DNA of 64,000 bases from an uncultured delta proteobacterium (GTDB taxonomy: Bacteria > Desulfobacterota > Binatia > Binatales > Binataceae), in contig CAVQAG010000013.1 of NCBI GenBank assembly GCA_963710455.1, forward strand, positions 661,290-725,289, written 5' to 3'. The position numbers were made by a program, and so were the translations under genes. Shown piece by piece: positions 19,753 through 29,792 of this stretch (position 1 is its first letter; each line of letters opens with the position of its first letter). A model generated the notes under the pieces. That model was not told the DNA's origin, did no database searches, and saw only the letters and a program-made list of their open reading frames with translations.

Positions 19753-20991
19753 ATGGCGGAGAAGACCCTTGTACCCGAGGCATTTGGACCGCTCCAGGGG
19801 GTCAAAATAGTCTCGAGCGGCACCTTGATTGCGCAGCCCTTTGGCGCCGCGCTCGCCGCCGACATGGGCGCCGAGGTCATCCAGGTCGAACGCCCCGGCG
19901 TGGGCGACATGGGATGGCGCACCGTTGGCATCCGGCTCAAGACGCGCGACGGCAAGGGCGAGACCGCGACTAACTGGGTGCAGGAGCGACGCAATGTCTT
20001 TTGTGTCTCGCTCGACCTCACGCGGCCGCGCGGCCGCGACCTGTTCGTGCGCTTGCTAGAGCGCGCCGACATCTGGATGGAAAGTTCCAAAGCCGGGACT
20101 TATCCGAAATGGGGTCTCGACGACGCCGCGGTATGGAAGGTCAATCCGAAGCTGGTGATTACGCACGTCAGCTCCTACGGCCAGTACGGCCATCCTGACT
20201 ACGTCGGACGCACCTCGTACGACATCGTGGGCCAGGCCTTCGGCGGTATCATGTACCAGACCGGCTTTCCCGAAACACCGCCCTCGCGCGCTGCACCATG
20301 GACGGGAGATTACCTAACCGCGTTGTTCACATTGTGGTCGTCGCTCGCCGGACTGACCTACGCACGTAGCTTCGGCAAGGGGCAGGCGATCGACATCGCG
20401 CAGTACGAAGCGATTCATCGCACGCTCGGCGGCACGATGGTCGAATACTTCCAGCAGGGCCTGGTGCGCGAGCGCTCGGGCAACAAGGCGCAGGGGTTCC
20501 AGCCGCTCGACAGTTTCGAGGCGAGCGACGGATGGGTGGTGCTGGGCGCGATCGGCGAGGTTTACGATCGCGTGGTGCGCGCCATCGGCCTCGACCCGGC
20601 CGATCCGAAATGGCAAAAGGCGCGTCTCGACGTCGAATCGATGGAAGGGATCGAGTTCGATGCGCTGCTGCGCGGATGGATCAACGAACGAACCGCCTTG
20701 GAAGTCGTGCGGCACATGAATGAGCACAACGTCGCCTGCAATCGGATCATGTCGAGCAAGGACATGGCGGAGAACGAACAGTACAAGGCGCGCGACATGC
20801 ACGTCGAATGGACCGACGAGCAGGCGGGCAAGGTCAAGGGGGTCGGGATCGTGCCGAAGTTCTCCGCCACGCCGGGCAAGATTTTTCGCGGCGCGGTGGG
20901 CGTCGGCCACGACAACGATCGGGTGTACGGCGAGCTTTTGGGGCTGAAGCCGGCGGAGATCGAGGAGTTGAGGCGCGACAAACTAATCTAG
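19753..20991 (+). CDS. CaiB/BaiF family (class III) CoA-transferase
   Basis: Starts MAEKTLVPEAFGPLQGVKIV after CAGGAGG. Contains the family N-terminal Rossmann block. Confidence 0.85.
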   Translation: MAEKTLVPEAFGPLQGVKIVSSGTLIAQPFGAALAADMGAEVIQVERPGVGDMGWRTVGIRLKTRDGKGETATNWVQERRNVFCVSLDLTRPRGRDLFVRLLERADIWMESSKAGTYPKWGLDDAAVWKVNPKLVITHVSSYGQYGHPDYVGRTSYDIVGQAFGGIMYQTGFPETPPSRAAPWTGDYLTALFTLWSSLAGLTYARSFGKGQAIDIAQYEAIHRTLGGTMVEYFQQGLVRERSGNKAQGFQPLDSFEASDGWVVLGAIGEVYDRVVRAIGLDPADPKWQKARLDVESMEGIEFDALLRGWINERTALEVVRHMNEHNVACNRIMSSKDMAENEQYKARDMHVEWTDEQAGKVKGVGIVPKFSATPGKIFRGAVGVGHDNDRVYGELLGLKPAEIEELRRDKLI

Positions 20992-21030
20992 CCGGGCGCC
21001 GCTGGACCCGACCCGCGCGCCTGCGGCTCC

Positions 21031-21855
21031 TTAGCGCGCGACGCGGGTCATGAACGCCTCGGCGCCACGGACGAACTCGCGTTCGTCAGCATAGCGCCCA
21101 AGGTCCAGGATGAAGTACGTCGCACCGGCCGCGCGCTCGACTTCCATCCGGGCGCGCGCCGCGGCGACACCGTCGAGTTTGAGTCCGCGGCGCACCACGA
21201 TTTCCGGCTCGGCACGGCCCCGTGCGCGAGCTTGCTCGCGGAGCGACGCTACGGCCGGACCGAGCTTGTCCGCCGGTAGCATCGGATGCCATCCGTCGCC
21301 GAACTCCAGCACCCGCGCGATCGCGCTCTCGCCGTTACCGCCGATCCAGATTGGCGGCAATGGTGGACGCGGCGCAAACACGATCTGTGGGAAACGCACG
21401 AGCGCGCCGTCATACGAAGCGACGTCGTTTGCGAACAGTTGATGCAACACGCGAAGGGTCTCCGTGGTCAGCGCGCCGCGCTGGCTCGGGTCGACACCCA
21501 GCGCCTCGAACTCACGCCGCATCCAACCGACGCCTGTGGCGAGAATCATCCGGTTGCCCGACAATTCCTGGATCGTCGCGACCTGCTTGGCGGTCAGGAC
21601 CGCCGGACGATACGGCAGCACGAGCACGGAGACGCCCAGGCGGATTCGCTCGGTCGCGCCAGCGAGAAATGCTAGCGTCGCCAGCACGTCGAGATAGCGC
21701 CCGCCCGAACCTTCGACGTCATCGGGCGGTAAGGCCAGGTGATCGGAGACGAAGAGCGCGTCGAAGCCGAGTTGCTCGGCGTCGCGGGCGCACGCTACGA
21801 GAGTTTCGCGCGTCGATTGCGGCCCCATGTTGCGGATCGCGATTCCATACTTCAT
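21031..21855 (-). CDS. LLM-class (F420/flavin-dependent) oxidoreductase
   Basis: 274-aa luciferase-like barrel (GFDALFVSDHL, RLGVSVLVLPYR). Confidence 0.8.
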   Translation of the reverse strand: MKYGIAIRNMGPQSTRETLVACARDAEQLGFDALFVSDHLALPPDDVEGSGGRYLDVLATLAFLAGATERIRLGVSVLVLPYRPAVLTAKQVATIQELSGNRMILATGVGWMRREFEALGVDPSQRGALTTETLRVLHQLFANDVASYDGALVRFPQIVFAPRPPLPPIWIGGNGESAIARVLEFGDGWHPMLPADKLGPAVASLREQARARGRAEPEIVVRRGLKLDGVAAARARMEVERAAGATYFILDLGRYADEREFVRGAEAFMTRVAR

Positions 21856-21871
21856 CGCGGGATTCTCCGTC

Positions 21872-23545
21872 TCATTTCACAGCCTTGAGCTTGCGCCGGC
21901 CGGGGCGTCCGGAGACCAGGCGGCGCGCAGCCGCGCCGAGCGTGCCCGCGCGATGCCATCGGCCGTACTGCTCCAGCGTCAGTCCGCGTGCCGCTTCCAG
22001 CGCGACCGACAGCGCGGCGAGCACGCAGACCTCGGCGAGCACGCTTATTCGCGGCGCGAGGCCGAGCACGCCGCCTTCCTGTTCGACCGGAGCATTAATC
22101 ACGAGGTCGGCGAGATGCGAAAGCTCGGAGGCAGGATTGCCGGTGACCGCGATTAGCTGCGCGCCGTGCTCCTTGATCGCCACCGTGGCTTCGCACAACT
22201 CACGCGTATTGCCGCTGTTGGAAATCGCGATCACGACGTCCCTGGGATCGACCTGGCCGAGGCTGCCGTGGAGCGTTTCGGTCGCGTGCAGAAAGGTTGC
22301 TTGCGTCCCCACCGAACACAGCAGGCTCGCCGCGTAGCGTGCGACGTGCTCGGGCTTGCCGACACCGGTCAGATGGACACGGCCGCCACGCGCCTCGGCA
22401 GTACGGATCATGTCGACCGCTGCGCGAATCTGGTTGAGGTCGATCTCGCGCCGCAGTGTTCCAAGTTCGCCCAGGCACAATTCCAAAAAACGGCTGACTT
22501 CGACCGATGGGTCGAGCGGTCCGATGGCCTGCGCGGGCGTTTCGATCTCCGGCAGCGGTTGATCGGGCATCACGTCGCGAAACAGCGCGAGAACTTCGTC
22601 GCGCACCTCGAAGCCGGCCGGAAATGCGCCCAACCGTCCCACGCATACCGCGCCCGCCGCGTTGGCGAGCGTGCCGATCGCGCGCCACGGCAGACCCCAT
22701 CGAAGCCCCGCGAGCATCGCGCCCATGAACGCATCGCCGGCCCCGGTCGTGTCGACTACCTTGACCGAAAACGCCGGGAGGCGAAGCGCGCTCTCCGCCG
22801 CGGCGATCGCGCATCCGCGCTCGCCGTCGGTCACTACCACCGCTTCGCTCTGATAGCGCGCGCGCATCGCCTGCGCGAGTTTCAACGTGTCGCCACGCCC
22901 ATTGCCCATTAGGGCACGCGCCGAGCGGCGAGTCGGTTTCAGAATTGTGGCCAAGCGAAGCGCGCGCTCCAGTTCGGCGCGAGTGCCGAGGACGGGACAG
23001 GCGTCGGCGGGCGGCAGATCGACGTCGAGCACGGTCGGGATCGAATTGGCACGCGCGAACAGAAGCAGCGCGATCACCGTGCGCAGTGGGAGTTGAGATA
23101 TTTCAGTCGAGACCATCCGGGCGTGCCGGATGAAGCCGGCGTGACGGCGGCGAATCTCATCGGGGGCAAATTCGGCAGTGGCGCCGCGCGCCATGTAGAT
23201 TGCGCGTCCGCCGCGCGCATCGACGAAAATTTTTGCGAACGAGCTGGCCGAACCGTCGGTGGTCAGATGATGCCGGATTCCCAGCTGGCCCATCCCGCGG
23301 AGGAGGAGTTCGCCATTACGATCGGCTCCGATTTTACCGAACACGCCGACGTCGAGTCCCAGCACGCGCGCCCATCCGAGATGATTGAGCACCAACCCCC
23401 CGACTGCCGCGCGCTCAATCCGGCCGTCGTCATGATGGGCGTCGAGCGCGATTTTCTCTTCGGCGCGGACGAACCTCGGCGTGCGGTAGAACAAGTCCAC
23501 CACCATGCTGCCGCAGCCGGCGACGTCGAGTTTTGCCTCAGCCAT
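21872..23545 (-). CDS. fusion protein: PfkB-family sugar kinase + SIS (KpsF/GutQ-type) sugar-phosphate isomerase domain
   Basis: The N-terminal half has the PfkB signature DTTGAGDAFMGAMLAGL. The C-terminal half has the SIS block HLTGVGKPEHVA...VVIAISNSGNTREL. Confidence 0.8.
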   Translation of the reverse strand: MAEAKLDVAGCGSMVVDLFYRTPRFVRAEEKIALDAHHDDGRIERAAVGGLVLNHLGWARVLGLDVGVFGKIGADRNGELLLRGMGQLGIRHHLTTDGSASSFAKIFVDARGGRAIYMARGATAEFAPDEIRRRHAGFIRHARMVSTEISQLPLRTVIALLLFARANSIPTVLDVDLPPADACPVLGTRAELERALRLATILKPTRRSARALMGNGRGDTLKLAQAMRARYQSEAVVVTDGERGCAIAAAESALRLPAFSVKVVDTTGAGDAFMGAMLAGLRWGLPWRAIGTLANAAGAVCVGRLGAFPAGFEVRDEVLALFRDVMPDQPLPEIETPAQAIGPLDPSVEVSRFLELCLGELGTLRREIDLNQIRAAVDMIRTAEARGGRVHLTGVGKPEHVARYAASLLCSVGTQATFLHATETLHGSLGQVDPRDVVIAISNSGNTRELCEATVAIKEHGAQLIAVTGNPASELSHLADLVINAPVEQEGGVLGLAPRISVLAEVCVLAALSVALEAARGLTLEQYGRWHRAGTLGAAARRLVSGRPGRRKLKAVK

Positions 23546-24710
23546 CCTTCAGTGCGCGCCTCGCCTGCGGACGCTCCGCATCGGCCTCGCTGAGCCATCC
23601 GGGCTCCAGCTGAGCGGCCGCGCGCCGGCGCAGGTCCCTGAATCGGCGCGCGAATTCGCGCCGCTCGCCGTCGTTGAACGCGGGCGTCCCCGGCGCGAGC
23701 GCTTCGCTGCGGCATACGCCCATCTCGGCCAGCGCCGCTTTGAGGCAGGCGAGGGTGGGGCGGAAACTGCGGCCCCCGCGGTTGAACTCGCACGCGGCGC
23801 GGAAGTCCTCCAGCACCTGGGCGTAGCGATGCATCAGGGCGGTGTCGCCGTTGCGGCACACCCGGAGCGCGCGCTGCCACTCGCGCGGCATCGCGTTGCT
23901 GGGCCCAGCGACGATTCCATAGGGCAGCGAATCGCGCGTCCAGTAGCGGTTCCAGTAGTGCCGGGTCCATCCGCCAGCGCCTTTGGGCGGCGCGAACAGA
24001 TCGAAGATCAGATAGGGGTCGCCGGCGTAAATGGCAAAATCGCCGCCGCGATTGAAGTGCGACGCCGCACGCGTGTAATTGCCGAGCACGGCCTTGCCCG
24101 CGGTCACCTTGACCCCGCGTACATATTCCATTCGGCTCATCTGCTTGACGTCGCGCGTATGCATGTGGGGCGCGTGGCCAGGCGCGGAAATCTCGGCATT
24201 GTCGTAGAGGAAGACCGGGACGCTCTGCTTGTTTCGCTCGAACAGCGCGTTGATCTCGCGGTTGACGAAGCCGACCGGGTCATTCGAATCGCTAATCGAA
24301 AGCGGTGCCACTACCACCGCCTCCGCGTTGAGGTCCAGGGCATACTCGAGGTTCTCCAGCGTCTCGGCGCGCGTATGCCCGGTAATCCCGACCCAGGCCT
24401 CGACCGCGACGCCCCCGGCGTTGATCCGGCGGCATTCGTCGACCACCACGCGAGCGATTTGCTGGCGGCGCCGGTTATCGAGTTTGTCCCACTCGCCGGT
24501 AGTGCCGGCGGCGAAGATGATGTTGGCGCCGTGGCCATCCTGCACCGCCCAGCGCACGACCGCGCGCTGCTCGTCTTCGAGGACTTCCCCCGAACGGTCG
24601 AGGATGGTGACGACCGGCACCGAGAGACCCGCATTGGGTACGTAACGACGCACTTCGCGTTCCACCGCGCGCCGCCGTCCGACCAGTCTCAGTTGTCTCT
24701 TTGCTGTCAT
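23538..24710 (-). CDS. DHDPS/NAL-family class I aldolase-like protein with a C-terminal extension
   Basis: AGTTGEW, Y..DNAE and VRGVKVT (candidate Schiff-base Lys). ATG at 24708-24710. Its 3' end overlaps the downstream gene's start by 8 nt. Confidence 0.7.
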   Translation of the reverse strand: MTAKRQLRLVGRRRAVEREVRRYVPNAGLSVPVVTILDRSGEVLEDEQRAVVRWAVQDGHGANIIFAAGTTGEWDKLDNRRRQQIARVVVDECRRINAGGVAVEAWVGITGHTRAETLENLEYALDLNAEAVVVAPLSISDSNDPVGFVNREINALFERNKQSVPVFLYDNAEISAPGHAPHMHTRDVKQMSRMEYVRGVKVTAGKAVLGNYTRAASHFNRGGDFAIYAGDPYLIFDLFAPPKGAGGWTRHYWNRYWTRDSLPYGIVAGPSNAMPREWQRALRVCRNGDTALMHRYAQVLEDFRAACEFNRGGRSFRPTLACLKAALAEMGVCRSEALAPGTPAFNDGERREFARRFRDLRRRAAAQLEPGWLSEADAERPQARRALKDG

Positions 24711-24789
24711 CGCACCTCGTCGTCCAAAGAAGGTTTTGGCAAACGGATCGGGCGAAATCCGTGGGGAAAAAATCCGCGCCGGCCCGGAA

Positions 24790-25602
24790 TCACATGATTC
24801 CCAGACCCACTCGGGTAACAAATGTGTGGTTCCCCTCCCGGTCAACACTATACTTGCTAACCTGGGCCTCGATACGCAAACGGTACTTGCCGTCCTCGGA
24901 CCCGGCGCCCTTGGGCATATTGTTGGCCCAGAGCGATTCCTTGCACGCGGCGATCACGAAGTTGTCGATTGCGGCGAGCCCGGAATGCTGAACGTAGATA
25001 AGCTCCTTTAGCTGGCCCTTGTTGTCGAGGATCGCGGTCACGATCACTGGACTGATCTCTTCAGCTAACTCCAGCGTCACCATCGGCTCCAGCTTCTCTT
25101 CCTTGACCATTTCACTCAGAAGCTGCGTGATCATCATGTTCGAAAACCCCGGATATTCGGCCGCCTTGGCATTGAGCAACCGGACCTGCGTATGCGGAAT
25201 CAGGGTCTCGGCATAACGCGGGGAATCGGGATCCTCCAGAAACAGCCGGCGCAGCGTCGAGGGCGTGTCCTGGCCCATGCCACGCGCGACCGCCGCGCCC
25301 TCGTCTCGCGCCGGGTTCGATTTCAGCACCTTCGCGGCGTTATTTAGCGAGGCGGTGTCGGCGTTGTCCCCCGAGAGCTGCGAGAGATTCGTGATGACCT
25401 GCGGCGAGCCTGGAGCCGCCGGCGGCGGGGGCGGCGCTAATGAGCGAGCGGGGGCGGCCGGAGCCTGCGAGGAGCACCCGACCGCGATCACGGTCGCAAG
25501 AATCGCGATCCACGGCCCAGCCGCAGCGCCAAGTTTCGATCTCAGTGCCCAAAGGGCGGCATGCACACGGGCGCGCGTCGGCGACTTCGAACAGTATCGC
25601 AT
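24790..25602 (-). CDS. hypothetical lipoprotein
   Basis: Signal peptide ending IAVGCSS, Pro/Ala linker, no recognisable domain. Start is uncertain (ATG at 25602, GTG at 25566, ORF maximum 25653). Confidence 0.5.
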   Translation of the reverse strand: MRYCSKSPTRARVHAALWALRSKLGAAAGPWIAILATVIAVGCSSQAPAAPARSLAPPPPPAAPGSPQVITNLSQLSGDNADTASLNNAAKVLKSNPARDEGAAVARGMGQDTPSTLRRLFLEDPDSPRYAETLIPHTQVRLLNAKAAEYPGFSNMMITQLLSEMVKEEKLEPMVTLELAEEISPVIVTAILDNKGQLKELIYVQHSGLAAIDNFVIAACKESLWANNMPKGAGSEDGKYRLRIEAQVSKYSVDREGNHTFVTRVGLGIM

Positions 25603-25772
25603 TACCGTACTGACAGAGAAAAAAATAAAAAATCCTCGATTCCTGTTAAGCACTTACACGCCGGGAGCGGACGATCTTAATACCGAGGGGCCGGGCTAAC
25701 AATGACAAAGCGCCGATTCGTGATTACCTTGGAGCAAGGTCAAACCGGCGGCAGCGGGTTTTTAAGGTCGAA

Positions 25773-25801
25773 TTGAGTAGCTTGCCGCCTGGTGATAGAA
25801 T
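25773..25801 (+). promoter_or_regulatory. candidate sigma-70 promoter of rpmE
   Basis: TTGAGT-N17-TAGAAT with a TG one base upstream of the -10. Lies 23 nt before the rpmE ATG. Confidence 0.4.
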
Positions 25802-25823
25802 GCGCTGAGCAAAGGGAAGATAA

Positions 25824-26030
25824 ATGAAACCCGGAATCCATCCCGAATATCATCGCTGCGTAGTCACCTGCGCCTGCGGTAACACGTTCGAGACGCGCTC
25901 GACCGTGAACGAGCTGCACGTCGAGGTCTGCTCGAATTGCCATCCCTTCTACACCGGCACTCAGCGGCTGGTCGACACGGCCGGCCAGATCGAGCGGTTC
26001 AATCGCAAGTACGGTCGCAAAGTAGCATAG
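25824..26030 (+). CDS. rpmE: 50S ribosomal protein L31
   Basis: MKPGIHPEY...[10 protein letters not shown], 68 aa. Confidence 0.95.
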   Translation: MKPGIHPEYHRCVVTCACGNTFETRSTVNELHVEVCSNCHPFYTGTQRLVDTAGQIERFNRKYGRKVA

Positions 26031-26178
26031 CAACCTCCGCTGCCCGCGGCGCACAAAGATGCGTCCGGGTGGGCGGGGGATTGGTCCTTGATGGCGCGGC
26101 TGGCCCACACTCGGTAGCCGCGCTAAATTTTTGTTCCGTGCGGCGTTGAACTTACGCTCCGTCGCGAATTAGGTGCCG

Positions 26179-27240
26179 ATGCTCGACAAGCTCAAGGGGA
26201 TCGAAGAACGCTTCGCCGAACTGGAGCGGCGCATCAGCGATCCGGCGGTAATCGGCAACAACCGCGAATATGCGCAACTCGCCCGCGAGCGCTCCTCGCT
26301 GATGGAGGTGATAGGCGCGATCCGCGAGTATCGTCACACGCTGGGCGAGATCGCTGACCATCGCGCGCTGCTCGAGGGCGACGACGAGGACTTGCGCGAG
26401 CTCGCCAAGGGCGAGTTGCCGGCGCTGCAAAAGCGCCAGGGCGAACTCGAAGATCGAATCAAGACTCTGATCACGCCGCGCGATCCCAATGACGACCGCA
26501 ACGTGCTGCTCGAAATCCGCGCCGGCACCGGCGGCGAAGAGGCCTCGCTCTTCGCCAACGAACTGTTTCGGATGTACACCCGCTACGCCGAGCGCCATCG
26601 ATGGAAGGTCGAGTCGCTGAGTCTCAGCACCACGGGTCTCGGCGGAATCAAGGAAGTGATCGCCCTCATTGCGGGCCGCGGCGCCTATAGCCGGCTCAAG
26701 TTCGAGGGCGGAGTGCATCGCGTACAACGCGTGCCAGCCACCGAAGCGTCCGGACGCGTCCATACCTCGGCGGTGACCGTGGCAGTGATGCCGGAGGCCG
26801 ACGACGTCGAGGTCAATATCAACGAGGAAAAGGATCTTCGTATAGACGTTATGCGCGCGTCCGGGCCGGGCGGCCAAAGCGTCAACACCACGGATTCGGC
26901 GGTGCGTATCACGCATATCCCGACCCGGATGGTAATCGTCTGCCGCGACGAAAAATCGCAACACAAGAACAAGGCGCGGGCGCTCAAAATCCTGCGCTCA
27001 CGCCTACTCGAAGCGGCGCAGGCCGAGCAGGACGCCAAGATGGCCGCGACGCGCAAATCGATGGTCGGAACGGGCGACCGCTCAGAGCGCATCCGCACCT
27101 ACAATTTTCCGCAGTCCCGCGTCACCGACCATCGCGTCAACCTGACCCTCCATCAACTCGACCAGGTGCTCGACGGCGCGATCGATCCGCTGATCGACGC
27201 GCTCGCCACGCGCGAGCAGGCCGAAGCATTGAGCACTTGA
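26179..27240 (+). CDS. prfA: peptide chain release factor 1
   Basis: GGQ motif (SGPGGQSVNTT), RF1-type. ATG at 26179 is preferred over GTG at 26173. Confidence 0.95.
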   Translation: MLDKLKGIEERFAELERRISDPAVIGNNREYAQLARERSSLMEVIGAIREYRHTLGEIADHRALLEGDDEDLRELAKGELPALQKRQGELEDRIKTLITPRDPNDDRNVLLEIRAGTGGEEASLFANELFRMYTRYAERHRWKVESLSLSTTGLGGIKEVIALIAGRGAYSRLKFEGGVHRVQRVPATEASGRVHTSAVTVAVMPEADDVEVNINEEKDLRIDVMRASGPGGQSVNTTDSAVRITHIPTRMVIVCRDEKSQHKNKARALKILRSRLLEAAQAEQDAKMAATRKSMVGTGDRSERIRTYNFPQSRVTDHRVNLTLHQLDQVLDGAIDPLIDALATREQAEALST

Positions 27241-27273
27241 CGTTTCCACGGATCCCCAAGATCGAACCTGGCG

Positions 27274-28173
27274 ATGAGTTCCGAAGCAACGGTTGAGCGG
27301 CGTGGTCATGGGCGCGACACCGCGGCGGCGATCGCGGACGCGAGCGAGCGATTGGCACGTGCAGGCGTCGAGAGCGCTCGGTTGGACGCGGAGTTACTGA
27401 TGGCAGCAGCGGCGGGTGTCTCTCGAGCGACGCTCATTGCCGCAGGCGGAGAAATCGATGCGGTTTCTCTGGAGCGCTTCGAGCCGATGGTCGCGCGGCG
27501 CGCGGCTCGCGAGCCGCTTGCCTATATCGTCGGCTATCGCGAGTTCTTTTCGCTGGAGTTCGCAGTGCGGCCGGGCGTGCTTATCCCGCGTCCCGAGACG
27601 GAGACCGTGGTCGAAGCTGCGCTGGATTTTCTGCGCGGTCGCAGGGCCGCGACGGTTCTCGATATCGGTACCGGCTCCGGCGCGATCGCAATCGCGCTCG
27701 CCGCGAACGCACCGGCAGCGCAAATCGTCGCGCTGGATTTATTTAAAGTGTCAGTTGAAATTGCGGAAGAGAACGCGCGGCGCCATCGATGCGCCGATCG
27801 GATCGCTTTCGTCCGCGGCGATTGCTTCGCTGCGCTGGAGGATGGCGTCCCGCCATTCGCTCCGTTCGATCTGATCGTATCTAACCCGCCTTACATCGCC
27901 GAAACGGAGTTCTCCGCACTGGCGCCCGAAGTGCGCGACTTCGAACCGAGAATTGCGCTGGAGGGTGGTCGAGACGGGATGGACTTCTATCGCAAGATCG
28001 CGGCTGGACTTCCACGATGGCTCGCTCCGGCTGGTGAAGTAATACTTGAAGTAGGCGCGGGGCAGGCGGAAGCGGTCGAAGCGATTATGTGCGCGGCGGG
28101 ATGCGTCGTTAGCTCGCGGAGGCGCGACCTCGCCGGGATCGATCGCGTGGTGCGCGCGCGCCGCACTCGCTAG
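27274..28173 (+). CDS. prmC: release factor glutamine N5-methyltransferase
   Basis: SAM fold DIGTGSGAIA plus NPPY motif, directly downstream of prfA. Confidence 0.9.
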   Translation: MSSEATVERRGHGRDTAAAIADASERLARAGVESARLDAELLMAAAAGVSRATLIAAGGEIDAVSLERFEPMVARRAAREPLAYIVGYREFFSLEFAVRPGVLIPRPETETVVEAALDFLRGRRAATVLDIGTGSGAIAIALAANAPAAQIVALDLFKVSVEIAEENARRHRCADRIAFVRGDCFAALEDGVPPFAPFDLIVSNPPYIAETEFSALAPEVRDFEPRIALEGGRDGMDFYRKIAAGLPRWLAPAGEVILEVGAGQAEAVEAIMCAAGCVVSSRRRDLAGIDRVVRARRTR

Positions 28174-28511
28174 GTAGTTTGCGCGTCCGAAGCGGACGCT
28201 CATAGCGGGACGCTTACCCTCGTCCTCTCTGAGAAGAAAAAGATCCGTCGCTTCGTGGAGAGCCTTCGCCGGCGCTCAGGATGACGCAAGGGACTTTTTT
28301 GTTGCCATTGCCCTTTTCCGCCCTTCTCGCACCCCTCTAATGAAGAAAGAGGCTGATCTGCGCAGCGCATCGGCTGCGTGGAAGGATATGCGCGCGCGCT
28401 TCTGATCGCGCACTACACACTTTATACTGGCGCCTCAAGTAAATGGCGTTAAAGGGCAGGCCGCACACGAGGTTACGCTCGGCGGTCTGAGGGGGAAATC
28501 CATATCTTCAG

Positions 28512-29780
28512 ATGGACAAGATGATCATCCGGGGCGGCGCGCCGCTTCGCGGCACGGTGGAACTTTCCGGCAGCAAGAACGCCGCTCTGCCGTGCCTGAT
28601 GGCGTCGCTGCTTACCGATCAGCCGGTGGCGCTTCACAACGTCCCGCGCCTGCGCGACGTGCGGACTTCAATCGACTTGCTTGGCCGCCTTGGTGTGGAG
28701 ACACGCTGGACCGGCGAGCATGACGTCGAACTACATGCGCGCACGATCACCTCGCACGAGGCGCCCTACGATCTGGTCAAAACGATGCGCGCGTCATTCC
28801 TGGTGCTGGGACCGCTGCTCGCTCGCACCGCGCGCGCGCGGGTCTCCACGCCCGGCGGATGCGCGATCGGCGCGCGTCCGGTCAACTTGCATATAGCGGC
28901 AATTAGGATGTTAGGCGCGCGTATCCAGATGCGTCACGGGTACGTCGAAGCCCATAGCGCGAATCTCCGCGGCGCGCGGGTATGGCTCGATTCGCCGTCG
29001 GTCGGCGCCACCGAGAATATCCTGATGGCGGCGGTGCGCGCGCGCGGCCGCACCACGATCGAAAACGCGGCACGCGAGCCTGAAGTGCAGGACCTCGCTC
29101 GGATGCTCTCCGCGATGGGCGCGCGTATCTCCGGCGCCGGCAGCCACGTGATCGAAATCGAAGGTGTCGAGCGTCTCGGCGCCGTCGAGCATACCGTGAT
29201 TTCCGACCGTATCGAGGCCGGATCGCTGATGATCGCGGCGGCGGTCACCGGAGGCGACGTAACGGTGCGTGGCGCTCCGGTGGAGCATCTGGAGGCTGTG
29301 ATCGCCAAGCTCAAGGAGACCGGCGCCGTGGTCGAGCCGGTCGCGGATGGATTGCGGGTCGCGCGCGGCGCGGCGCTTCGCCCGGTCGAGTTGCGCACGC
29401 TCCCGTACCCCGGCTTTCCCACCGACTTGCAGGCACAGATGATGGCGCTGCTGACCCAGGCCGCTGGAACCTCGGTCATCACCGAGACCATTTTCGAGAA
29501 CCGCTTCATGCATGCGCTCGAGTTGATGCGGATGGGTGCCGATATCGTGATGAAGGGGCCGACCGCCGTGGTGCGCGGCGCGACCGCGCTCTGCGGCGCG
29601 CCGGTGATGGCGACCGACCTCCGCGCCAGCATGGGACTAATCCTTGCGGGCCTCGCCGCCGAGAACAGCACCGAGTTGAGCCGCGTCTATCATCTCGACC
29701 GGGGCTACGAGGCGCTCGACGCGAAGCTGCGCGCGCTGGGAGCGTCGGTCGAGCGGATGCCCGACGAGCAGGCCGCATGA
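28512..29780 (+). CDS. murA: UDP-N-acetylglucosamine 1-carboxyvinyltransferase
   Basis: 422-aa ORF with typical MurA blocks (SGSKNAALP, PGGCAIGARPV, YPGFPTDLQAQ). Confidence 0.95.
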   Translation: MDKMIIRGGAPLRGTVELSGSKNAALPCLMASLLTDQPVALHNVPRLRDVRTSIDLLGRLGVETRWTGEHDVELHARTITSHEAPYDLVKTMRASFLVLGPLLARTARARVSTPGGCAIGARPVNLHIAAIRMLGARIQMRHGYVEAHSANLRGARVWLDSPSVGATENILMAAVRARGRTTIENAAREPEVQDLARMLSAMGARISGAGSHVIEIEGVERLGAVEHTVISDRIEAGSLMIAAAVTGGDVTVRGAPVEHLEAVIAKLKETGAVVEPVADGLRVARGAALRPVELRTLPYPGFPTDLQAQMMALLTQAAGTSVITETIFENRFMHALELMRMGADIVMKGPTAVVRGATALCGAPVMATDLRASMGLILAGLAAENSTELSRVYHLDRGYEALDAKLRALGASVERMPDEQAA

Positions 29781-29792
29781 CGTGAGCGTGCG

